Below are positions 26,211 to 37,319 of a DNA stretch of 64,000 nucleotides, piece by piece. The position numbers and the translations under genes were made by a program. This DNA comes from Spongospora subterranea f. sp. subterranea (taxonomy: Eukaryota), in contig JAUGWO010000070.1 in NCBI GenBank assembly GCA_049724395.1, positions 62,001-126,000 of the forward strand, in the 5' to 3' direction. The notes under the pieces are model-generated. The model saw only the letters and a list, made by a program, of their open reading frames with translations. It was not told the DNA's origin and ran no database searches. Positions within the stretch are counted from its first letter, which is position 1; every line of letters begins with the position of its first letter.

Positions 26211-27467
26211 ATGGATAAGGTCCGTCAATGGCGAATGAGTGTTAATGGACTCTATGGAACCGGGTTTCAGTCACCGGAGAGTGTGGCGGATGCCCTGTTT
26301 GGGGTCCAAGCTCAGGAGCACGTATTCATAAGAGAAAATCCATGCATGAACTGTATAATTATATGTTTATGCACAGGTTGCTTCAGTCATATCGATATGG
26401 AACCGTCTTCAGGATGGATCGCACCTATGTGGCAAGAAGAATCAGCGCAACACCATCGATAAAGCAACCATACTGGCAAAGGGAGACAACCTTATCAAAC
26501 TTTGGGGACAAAGAGGTCATTATACCGAACATATCTCCAGTAATAACTTACATATTGATTAGGAACGTTGCATGTATTTTGTATAAAGGATTGGCCAATT
26601 GTTGCTTCATCATTTGGTCAAGCTTTGCTCGATCAGCGGAATAATCGTGTTGCCGATCCCCTCCAAATCAGGCGCCATGTTGGATCGTATTGTGAAGGAG
26701 TTTGAATCCAACAGCCATCAAACGAACAGAGATCGGTTTGATCCGATGATATCTCGTGGAATTCGAATGATGCTAACCTTAGAAGGGCATGGTGCATGGA
26801 GATACCATAGTCTCCCCAACAGTAAGATGGTGTCAACGGCCGCAACACAAAATTCAATGGCTTTCGCTCAATAGAAATTTGTAACCTGACGCCTCGATCT
26901 TCGTTATATCCCTCAACTTGGAATCTGCCACCCAGACTAGATGCACTTCGTGTCGCCGCTCTTCGATATTTTGCGAGCTACGGTCCAGCGTTAGAGATTG
27001 ACTTCCGGTTTATGATGGGTATCACTGCATTGCCGTCAAAGACCGTTATTGCGTCTTTGATTGAGGCTGGTGAGCTTGTTCAAATCACGATTGACGCGCG
27101 ACCATATCTTTTGCCATCCGTTCTGAAGAGGCAATTTGAATCGTTCATTGTTACATCCTCACCTGTTCGATTATTGTACAAATTTGATCCGATATTGTTA
27201 GCACATTCTGATAAATCATGGCTCATTGAACCGGAATACAAGGCAAGGGTTTGGGGAAAATGTGCTGTTGTTCATGCAACAGTGTTGATAAAGGGAAAGA
27301 TATCCGGAATTTGGAAGTTATCATGGCCAAGAAAATTGCAAGCAAAAGTGGACATCACGCTTTTCCACGATATCAAGGCATCTGATCGCAAAGCAATCGA
27401 CATGCAGATTGCCGGTATTGCTCGTTGTCTTCAGGCAGAAGAATACTGTATCGATTATCATGTATAG
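26211..27467 (+). CDS. alkZ: AlkZ/YcaQ-family (HTH_42 winged-helix) DNA interstrand-crosslink glycosylase homolog, 4 exons, ~366 aa after correcting one indel
   Basis: Predicted exons are 26211-26321, 26377-26515, 26563-26821 and 26875-27467 (GT-AG introns of 55, 47 and 53 nt). Motifs: GVQAQEH, SIWNRL, LIKLWGQRGTLHV, ALRYFASYGPALEIDFRFMMG, VRLLYKFDPILLAH, ATVLIKGKISGIWK. One extra C in CCCC 26658-26661 shifts exon 3. Confidence 0.85.
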
Positions 27468-27645
27468 AGAATGTCACAGCCTCTCTTGGCAATTCGGCAA
27501 TCAATCCGTCTCTAAATTTCAGCAATATTTTACTAAGTCGGCAATATCTACCCATCAGTTGTCATTGACCGGACAGCATATTGAGGCTCTGTCGCTGGAC
27601 CAGATTCACAATAATAACCAGATGATACGCGGGAGTTAGACTTGA

Positions 27646-29520
27646 TCACCACTTCCAGGGAGTAATCAAGCTTGACGTGCGCTGATGCCCAATGCGCTTC
27701 TTGGCAGGATCGCTCGAACTTTGATAGTTTACAGTTGATTTCTGGGCTATATCCCATGCTGTTCGTAATACTTGATCGTCCATATTAGTCATGCTTAGCT
27801 GCTTTGCAAGACTCTTTTTTTGCCTTGTTGTGGCTATTGCTGGATTATATTCAGATACGGCAAACTGAATGGCCTTTTCTAATTTTATGTTCAAGGCGGC
27901 ATCATGCGCCCCAGATTTGTTCGACAATCGTCTTTTCATATCCGACAGCTGCTTGGAAAGGTGTACAACCCTGTCGTTGAGTTCAGCCTTGGTCCGTCTG
28001 GCGTCTTCCAACGCTTCTGCCAGCTTTCGATTTTCCTCAACAAGTGCTCCTGGTAATACAGCGATTGCGGCCGAATGTTTTCCGCCGATTGCAGCTGGTT
28101 CAATCGGGTTGACAACATCTTCAGCACGTTGCACTGTTGAATGCTGATGCAGGTCAGGATCGTCTGTACCGATTGTATCATCGCAGTACCTTCCTGTGTC
28201 TTGATTATCGTCATTTATTGGGTGCTTCTGGCACTGATGTTCTTGCAACGCCCGAATCTCAATCTGCTTGGCGTCGAGCTCTCCGTTTATTGCTGCAACT
28301 TTATTTTTGAGTTCCTTGTTGAGCTCCTGTTCATTCGTCAACGAGTTCTGTAAGATTGGCACCTCATTTGCAGCGTTTCTCAGTTTGACGTTTTCCTCCT
28401 GCACAGTTTTCGTTCCGTTGTCTTTTTCCTTTGACAGTATCTGAAACATGTGAACCTGGTCATCTAAGTCGTCTTTCAGCCGATCCAGTTCATCCTGCTT
28501 TTGGGCTCCACTCTTTAGACATGAACTGATTGTCGATTCCATTGATTCTAACCGCTGTTGATCTTGAACTTTCGATGCCAGAGCATGATTCAGCTTCTCT
28601 TGTAATAGGGCGTTCTCAAGTGACAAATTGGCAAGCTCTTTTTCGTGCGAAATTTCAAGATTATGAAGTTTCTGTCGTTGTGCTTCAAACTCGTCAATTT
28701 CCTTGGTTAACCGCAACTTCGCAGCGACCTCAGTCAGCAACCGGCCCTTAACATCTTCCAGCTCCGACAGAACTTTCGCCTGGTTGCTGTGAGCCGTCTG
28801 GCTTTCCTGGATACTCCTCGATTCGGCAGTGAACGCAGCATGAATCTGCTCCTGTTTCGCCGACTGCAACTCCAATGACACACTGTATAGTTTGGCACTT
28901 AGCCTTTCGATGTTATCGCTCATCTCAAGGCAGCTCGCCTGGTCTAGAGCCGATCGGTCCTTCAACTCGGCTAGTTCTGATTCCATCGCGAGCCGTTTCG
29001 ATTGCCACTCTTCCAGATCAGCGTTGTGCCTACTTTTGGCAACATTGCAAGACTCTTCCAGGATCCGGACTGAATTCACCTGATCCTGATAATCCGAGGA
29101 GAGCGACGCCAAATTCTTCTCGATCCGCTCACGCTCCAGGACGCCTTGTGTGACTTCAGCCTGAGACAGATTCAGGCATCGCTGCAACGATGCACACTGT
29201 TCTCGTAGGATCGTCATGTCGTTATGAACATCTTTCACCATTTCCGACATTTGTTTTTGAAGGAGCTGTATCTCCTGAGAATGACCACTTATCAAGTCAG
29301 ACATCTTCTCCCGCAACGACGCTATCGTCTCGGTGTCATTGCTGGATGATATCGGGGTAAACGTGCCCAGGCGAGAGTATAAACCTGAAAGGTAGGTTGT
29401 TCCATCATTTCCAGTAGAATTCTTCGCCTTTAATACACCTGACTGGTTTTTGGCGTTTACTACAACCCCTGCTGGTTCGGCATCATCGGTACTCATTGAC
29501 AAAAAAGTGACGCGCGTCAC
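27646..29520 (-). CDS. Long coiled-coil protein (624-aa exon; probably continues upstream through exons to ~31 kb)
   Basis: Uninterrupted 624-aa ORF rich in E/Q/K/L heptads. Coding-like segments with splice signals lie at 29.5-31 kb. Confidence 0.7.
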   Translation of the reverse strand: MTRVTFLSMSTDDAEPAGVVVNAKNQSGVLKAKNSTGNDGTTYLSGLYSRLGTFTPISSSNDTETIASLREKMSDLISGHSQEIQLLQKQMSEMVKDVHNDMTILREQCASLQRCLNLSQAEVTQGVLERERIEKNLASLSSDYQDQVNSVRILEESCNVAKSRHNADLEEWQSKRLAMESELAELKDRSALDQASCLEMSDNIERLSAKLYSVSLELQSAKQEQIHAAFTAESRSIQESQTAHSNQAKVLSELEDVKGRLLTEVAAKLRLTKEIDEFEAQRQKLHNLEISHEKELANLSLENALLQEKLNHALASKVQDQQRLESMESTISSCLKSGAQKQDELDRLKDDLDDQVHMFQILSKEKDNGTKTVQEENVKLRNAANEVPILQNSLTNEQELNKELKNKVAAINGELDAKQIEIRALQEHQCQKHPINDDNQDTGRYCDDTIGTDDPDLHQHSTVQRAEDVVNPIEPAAIGGKHSAAIAVLPGALVEENRKLAEALEDARRTKAELNDRVVHLSKQLSDMKRRLSNKSGAHDAALNIKLEKAIQFAVSEYNPAIATTRQKKSLAKQLSMTNMDDQVLRTAWDIAQKSTVNYQSSSDPAKKRIGHQRTSSLITPWKW

Positions 29521-32145
29521 TTGAATGATATAATATCTCTAGTTGTTTATATTGCTTTTCGAAGTAGTGATTTGACGTGTGATCAGTCCCACGTGAAATA
29601 TTCAGAAACTGAGACGGTGCGGAATTGTTGATGAAGTAATACCATACGCCTCGATACTTGCCTACGCCATCGGTTAGCGTCAATCAACAGTTTCCATCCG
29701 CTTGACTTTACCTCCCATAAAGAATATGTCATTGTAATGATTGACTGATTAGGGTTAAGTAGGCCTTGCTTAAGCTCATCATCGTTGGGGGGAGTTTGAA
29801 AACTAACGTACAGCTCTCCCTCCAAGGTTTTGAACTCGGCGCGACCATTTCCAACCTAAATGGGAATAATTTAACTGAAGGATTACAATTGCAAACAAAC
29901 TACCGAACCAGAAAGCTAAGGTCGAACAGATTTTCAATTGTCTGTACAAAAGAGTCCGGATTGATGATGAGGTTAAACACAGTGGAAACCCACGATGATC
30001 AGGAGCCATCTTCTCCAAAATCTTAAGAAGCAACGTGACGCGACTCTCGGTCTGGGTCTTCAGCAGCGTTTCATTTGATTCGATTTTTTCGACTTGCTCA
30101 GTCTGATAAGCAAATATCAGTTTACAACGCGAATGAGTCCTTATGCTAATCTGAATACCGGAACGTTGATATCACGTTTCCGGGAGACGCTGGCTTTTTT
30201 CTTGGCCCCCGATAATTCGATATCTAAAATATTGGAAAGGAAATCTGCAGTAGACGTGGCTGCAATTTTGTTTTGGGCATGAGTACCCAATGCTTTCCAG
30301 TCTAATTCAAAAGGTAGATTCGCTTCTGGAATCGAATTAGCGCAGTAGTAATATCAAAACACAAAATCACCTTCATCGGACTGGCGGGCAAGAGTGAAGT
30401 GCTCCTTGAGTTTATCACTATATCCCTAAATGAGCCAATCTTTCATCCATTACATTTTCAATCAGCTTAAAATCTTCTCACATCGACAGATACGACATTG
30501 AACTTTTGATGTAAATTCTTGGTTGTTTCAGAAACAAATTCAGCTAACAATGAAAGTTGCTGAACGTCAAGATTAGCTTCAGATGTGTACAAAACTAATA
30601 CCCAATAAAGAGAAGAGTCAGTATATCATCGACCATTATATAATGCCAACAATACTCGATTCATGGATCTTATCATGTTCTGCATGAATTTTTCGTAAAG
30701 TGTCACCATCACCACCTGTGATTGCGCTGCGAGATTTTCGAGTCTTGTCAATGAGCTCTGCATAGATGCGTTCAAGTTTGGTATTCACGACGTCAATAAA
30801 TAGTGTTCGTACTTCTAAGAGACTGCCTGATAGCTATGCGTTCTTGATCGCTGGAAGCACAGAGCAGAAGTTAAAATCCTAAAAACATTCGAAAGCGTCT
30901 ATCTACGCTTGTTGTCCGAAAAGTCCCAGTTTCTTCAGACGTTCCTTTTCTGCAAGTTTCTTGGCCGAACGTTTAAGTTTTCGCTGACGGTAACGTAAGC
31001 AGGTTGAATCCCAGGCGGCGTTGAGGAAAAACCTTTATCTCTTGGTCAGACATCCGAACAGGGATCCGCGACAACGGCTGTTCAACTGGAGAGATGGGAA
31101 TTATTACTGGGGAATCGCCTTCGGGGGATTGCCAACAGTTAGAGCAACCCGCAGTCAGCCAGGCCAGTCAGCCACGCCACGGTCCATGGGCCACTGGGCG
31201 CGCAACAATCGCCGAAATGTAACGCGGTCCCGCCGGGGCCAGCAACAATGTTGGCACTCACAAGTGTCAATGCAGCCCCCATCGGATTGTTAACATGCAT
31301 TTCTGTGAAATTTTGAATTCTGGTTGTTCAACGCTTTGTCGCATTTCTGATATTCTCAGTCTGGCAGTGGCGAGAACGTAGAATGTTGAGTCGATAATTG
31401 TTTGTCTTCTTGCGTGACCTCAGCAGTTGTGACAAGAGGATCGAAATCCAATCCATTCCCGTAACAAATCTGAGGGAAATTATGGACAACGTCCATGATC
31501 AACCTTTTCATTTTCGCTATCGCAACAATATCTGCAGTCTTGGCAAGCTAAGGTTTTGGTGTCATTATTTCCAGAACGTTACACTGGGCTCGGATACTGT
31601 TTGGGACACCTCAAGCCTAGATTCGTCTTCATACCGGTGTGTTCCTTTTAAGTCCAGCTTTTGTCGGAAATTGTTTCGGCTCAACTCTGTAAATCTTTGC
31701 AAATCCTACTCATATTCGTCCGTCCTCTTGTTCGCCAATCATCAAACTCCAACACTCGTCGAACTCTATTTGCTCCTTGTAGATTTGACTTTGATGGCTC
31801 GCTGTCTGACGACAGCGTGTTCACTGTTGAGCATTGTGAAACCGTGAATACTGTATTGCCGCTTTTTTTATCAATGACATCCCAGTTCTCAAACCAGATC
31901 AAGAGGGGTGGGTCAAACTTCTTGCTTCTACCATGGGTTTAACGTCACTAGCAGCTTGGTGGCCATTTGCCCCAATGATAAAATTTCTCGCATGGCCGGA
32001 TAGGGGTCAATATCATGAAGGTACGAACATAGGGCAAAAGACCAAATTACGCAAGAATATTGGCATGGCGGAAGTTTTTGCTGTATCGTCTGATTGTTGA
32101 CGAAGATATTACTTATTTGCATATTTATCTATACACCATATCGAG

Positions 32146-34621
32146 TCACCGTGTCAACTTGTTGAAACAGGCCCCGCAAACGCGAACAGGAGTAGCCAAA
32201 CCCTTCCGCAAAATAGCTGAACGGTTAGAGCTACACGTTGCACAGAATATTCCACCACAGCAACGGCAATGATGGCGCCGGCGAAATCTGGTGAACTGCA
32301 GCTTGCACGACATACATGCGGTGCAATGCTGGTCGTCGATCCAGCTTTCATTAACCAGGATACAGGAAAAGGTTGCTGCACATGCAACCTGTGATATACC
32401 CGTTTTCGGGAATAATTTAGATTGGCGAAGATCGTAAGAACAATCATTCGGCAGGGTGTCGACTCCGATCTGACCGAACGTGTTCGAACCTGTAAACCAT
32501 AAACCTCGAGGGTAGGTTAACAACGCCAGATGAAACGCGCCGCAATCTACAGCGACCATTGAGCTCCCGTTTAGCGGAAAGTTAACTCGGGTTGGTTTGA
32601 AAATATTTGAATTTCCCAAATTGTGTGGATGTCCACATTGCCCAGCACTACGTTGTTCACAGAATCATTGCGAGCACTGACAAATTTCACGCTGGACAAT
32701 ACCTGTTTGCTCCCCAGGTGTATAGTTTCATATTGATCAGATTGACGGTGATGAAGAATGGCTGCAGAATGTGCTGACCCACAGCTGATGTCGACAATAG
32801 CGATGCCGCATTGAGACGAAGACGATTCTTCGCCGCTCCCCTGCTGAACATTATTCGCACGTAACAGAGCTGCAAACGTGTCAATCTCTTTGGGTACCCA
32901 AATATCATTAGGTTGCCCATGGCCCAACTGCACATAACGCGTTGGTGAGAACAAACGGTACTTTTAGGTAAGTTTTACCTGGCCATTCACGTTCCACCCC
33001 CACGAGTAAATAGCTTGGCTTGTAGAAGCCATCATATGGCAATGCCCGCCTTAAAAAGTATAGAGCTGGTAATATGTAAGAAGGACAGATAAAAGATACA
33101 GTAATTACCGGAAATCATAAGAGCTGGATTAGATGGACCGAAATCGGGCAACGCCAAAGGCATTGTCAAGTCACGGTCGTGCCCATGTCCAGTAAATCCG
33201 AGATCCCCTTGCCCGAACGTCCAAATGGCACCAGTTGAATCAATGAAGGCGGAACTGGACGATCCGCACGCCAGATTAACAACTTCGGCGGCAGTGTCAA
33301 TTACTGTTGGAGTGTTTCTATCTGCAAGGTCACCGAGGCCCAGCTGACCCCGGTGATTGGCGCCCCAGGAAAACACCCGACATGTTGATGTTCTCTGTGC
33401 TCAAATAGAGTTCACAATAATTGCCAAACAGTTAAGCGGCGCATACAGCCAAGTTATGATACGATCCGCAGGCTATTTGAACGATTTCAATTTTTTGAGG
33501 AAGAGTGATCTAAAAAAGTGTTTTGAGTCAAAAGGTCAAGCCTATAGGCAGGGTTGACTCAAAGCACCTGCATTAGCGTGCATGTGTCTACAGGAAGTCC
33601 TGTTCCAACGCGGTTACCCGAGGTCCACACCTCGCCAGATTCCATCAGAAAAACACTATGAGCCCAGCCACATGCTAATCCTGTGACGCCTTTGCCAACA
33701 GCTCCTTTAACAATTTCCGGTTTCATTCTCGATTTCAGGTCACCTAACTCACTGATAAGTGTGGACTGAACAGGAAAGTGATTTCTTACCATGTGCAGTG
33801 GCGCCCCAATCTCCCGACCCCCAGGGAATAGACTTGACTGACATCGTCCGGATTGTTTGCATTACGAGAGGAAATGATTGATGGACTTTTGGTGCTGATA
33901 AGTTCATGAGCCCTTTGCAAAATTGACTTCGGAATTGTCTTCTGGTGCAGACCCTCTATAACGGTGCGCCACATGTTGAATTCATTCTCATCTATGGCAG
34001 CGGGAATAAACGTTTTGTTTTGTTCTCGTTTATTTACGGCGTGCTAACCTTTACAAACCAAATCCAGCGTCTCAAAAAGGCCTCTGTTCGAGGTGCTACC
34101 GCCTCGCACAGATATAGAGGTTCTGATCGGAGATGTTGATGATCTGAATGACGATCTCGATGGCGTTGGTGCTGGTGTCGATGGTACGTCTGTAAAAGCC
34201 GTGATCAGATTGAATTGGCCAGGAAGTAAGATAAGTTGTATCACAATTCACTGAGAACGAAAGATGGTCTAAATCTGGTCTTCGGTCTCGTATGTTCTTA
34301 TTCTCTTTCTGTCCGAACTGTGTGGATATAATGTCGGAAATAAGCACTGAGCACGAGTAAGATCACGAAAAGAAGCAACTTCATCAAGGTACCTTGGGAT
34401 TCATTTTTGGGAGTTATCCAATGCAAGTGCTGGAAATCATTGCTTAGGTGAAACTTGTGAAATTTAGGCTACACCAATGATTCTCAGATATTGCGGATAG
34501 AGAGCATTCACGGTCGGGTCCAGACTTTGTTCGATTTTCCATAGTGCAGCATTGGAATCGGCGTCTGGAGAGCCATTAGCGCTTGGATTAGATCATTGTC
34601 GTCAAGGAGCGGTGCCGACAT
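32146..34621 (-). CDS. PH + RCC1-repeat + FYVE protein (PRAF/RLD-like architecture, no BRX domain seen)
   Basis: N-terminus MSAPLLDDNDLIQALMALQ..MLHYGKSNK|PKFHKFHLSNDFQHLHW...FGQ..RPDLDHLSFSV...TLDLVCK..EFNMWR. RCC1 repeats (VFSWGANHRGQLGLGD, ACGWAHS, CGSAHS). FYVE: WIDDQHCTACMSC...RRRHHCRCCGGIFC..CS...RVCGAC. Confidence 0.88.
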
Positions 34622-35220
34622 GACCAACACCGCCGCGGAAACCCAAATGAGGAATACCTCGACAAAAGGCGAACGTTAAGTGCGTGTATTGGGGGGAGGG
34701 GGGGCACATTCGTTGACGCGGTTACAGTCACGGCGTTAGGGTCAATAATGACCCGCGTCCATTATCGTCTGTTGACGCATGCCCCAGTGAATGTGCGACT
34801 TGTGCGATTGAGTCGAAGACGATCCCAAGGCATCGTGATGTTGAAGTGAACTCGTTCGGTTCCGTGTATTTGATAATTCACTTTTGAACGCGACTTCCTC
34901 TCTAGCAGTCGGTCTTCCAATTATATCCCTGTTATGACGGGTTTAGAGCCAGGCCCACAATAGCTCGGCTGGAGACTATGCAATCTATTCTGATATCAAG
35001 AGGTGCTTTGACGTTGCTCATCGATTGATTGATCGGCGAATGAAAGCTTTTGGTCACATGAATTGTTGAGACAATCGGTGAAGTAGCATTATATTCAGAT
35101 AACACGATAACCGCAGCTCTAAGTCGCTTTAGTTCGGACGATCTCACCAAGCGATTCTCGCAGAGCCCCACGATCAATGACCTCCCTTCCGGATATCTAA
35201 TCAGTACAACGATCAGCGCA

Positions 35221-37183
35221 TCACAAACGACCAACGGGTTTCGCACAAACCTGCTTGTTGGCAATCCTAGTCCCGAATTGAATCGCACGTTTCTGTAGGG
35301 ACGATGTCTTGATCAGCCCCAGACTATGCGCCAACGACCTTAGAATCTGTTTATCTCCTCCTTGTCCCGCCTCGAGATCCAACCGACAAATCTAGCAAAT
35401 TGATCAATGCATGTCAAAGGTTTGACAAAAAAAAACATGGGATCAAAGGCAGAGCAACCTCTTCGATTGGGATAGTACGAACTAAATCTCGAAGCTCATC
35501 GTCAAGGAATGGGTACATCGTATCCCTAAACCGAGATTAACACCAGAACTCAATCAGTTTCAATAACAGACCGACCTAGCATTATCGGAACAAAGCCGGT
35601 CATCTCGGCCCAGATTCCTTCTGTATAGGCGACGTTGATCGAGGTCGAGTTCATCGCGGGCGCCTTGCCATCCGCCTCGGCGATAGGCGGTCCGATGCCT
35701 ACTGTATCCCCCGAACAGCTCGTCGGCGCCGAGCCCCGAAATTAGGACACGACATTGCGATGTGTATTCATCCCAAACCTGCGATCAATCGTCAGAAATG
35801 CATTGGATGTGCAGACACACAAGCCCGGTAACCACCTCGTCTTCCGAGTAATATTTCTCGACGACTGTTTTTGCCCCTTGCTTCAAGTCGCTTGCATAAC
35901 GGCAGTGCTGGGAGACGATGGGAACAGATCGCTCGTCATCTCTCAGAACTACCCCTGTCCCTCTGCTGCTAAACCATAGCACCTGAAGGATAAAAATTCA
36001 GAAGATCGCAGAGCCGAAGTAGTGGAAAGTTATCACCGATCCGAGGTTGAAGTCCATCACTGTTTGGCACGGTCGGATCAGATTGAATATATGCTCGGAA
36101 TGGTCACGAAGATTGTTGATATCCACGTTGACCTCAATCAGTCGGAAATGACGTTTCGGGCACACCGTCCTGAGCTCTATCAACGAGTTGATCGCTGACT
36201 GCCTATCGGGAACAGTGAGCGATGATGCGCCAAACGCGAAATTGATCAAGTCAATCGGCTCCGACAGCGGTACATGATCATGCGCCAATGCAGCTACATA
36301 AACACCATCAGGAAACTAAACAGGGGATGCATTGACGTGAATAGAACGCACCGATAATAGTGCAATCAAGCCCGCCAGAGAACAGAATCCCTACCCTCGC
36401 TGGATCCGAGGAGGTTTCGTCTCGATCTGCGTTATGACTAAAGGCCAGACAAGAAAGGCGTCGGCGAACTGCATTAGAAAGAACGTCATGGAGGGCCGCG
36501 ACGTGATTGACGTGCGAAAACCGGCGGGAACTTGGAGGAAGCGGCGGATCAGGCGATGAATCACCCAAAATGTGAGGCCAAACGTGCAATGTTGGTTCGG
36601 AAATACGTGAGAGGTCAATTGAAAACACGCCGCTGCACGACACCTCCGACCACGAGTCGCCGTCAGAATTACACGATGAGGCGATCTGATAAGGTCCAGT
36701 GCCCCAGGCGGTGTGCACCAGACTCCTTCGTCCTAGGCGATGCCCGATCAGTTGGCGGCCAGCACTGCACAACAATCACGAGCTGCGATTACCAAGGGGA
36801 TCCCTGCCGAAATAGATGGTCTGGCGCTCGCGCTGGTAATACACAAACGCGAATGGACCTTCAAACCTCAGTAATGCGCTTTGTATGTCGCCAGCATTAT
36901 CACACCGCGATAGGATATCGGCGACCAACTCAGTATCACAGATAGGCTGATCGTGGAATATTTCCCCATTGAACGCGAGCAAATTGCCTGAACTGTCACG
37001 GAAAGGTTGCTTAGTAATGGTGGCGCCTTGGACATGAAGAGTTGATGCAAAAAGCACGAATTTTGATTGATCGTCGATAATGTGTTGGCATGAATCTGGA
37101 CCCCGACGTCGAATCCATGACGGAGGCACCGCTTCGTGTAAATCTACGGACACCGGATCAACCAACAACAATATTCCGCACAT
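35221..37183 (-). CDS. ASNSD1: Asparagine synthetase domain-containing protein 1
   Basis: MCGILL start, LLAFNGEIF, FGRDPLG|RRSL, VGILFSGGLDCTII, IDLINFAF...PDRQSA, TVMDFNLG, GLGADELFGGYSRHR, RRNLGRDDR, GDKQILR...KRAIQFGTRIA. Confidence 0.92.
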
Positions 37184-37319
37184 ATTGATCAATGTGGCGA
37201 CATTCTGTATTGCGCGAATTGACCCATTCCTAATTCGCCGGCACATCAAGTATTTTGACCGGAACAATGGTGTATAGATATAAATTATACGAATGATAAG
37301 CTCCAATAATAAAAAATCA

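Noticed and set aside
26211..27467. Bacterial contamination as the source of the AlkZ-like gene
   Set aside because: It has three spliceosomal-type introns of the same size class as neighbouring genes and is contiguous with LSM4 and other eukaryotic genes.
31398..31942. Overlapping ORFs downstream of the PH-RCC1-FYVE gene as a possible BRX-like extension
   Set aside because: The FYVE exon ends in a stop at 32146, and the downstream ORFs show no BRX-like motif.
36768..36800. Apparent premature stop in ASNSD1 (GRDPLGNRSS*)
   Set aside because: It is removed by an intron (GTAATC...CCTAG) that restores GRDPLGRRSL.
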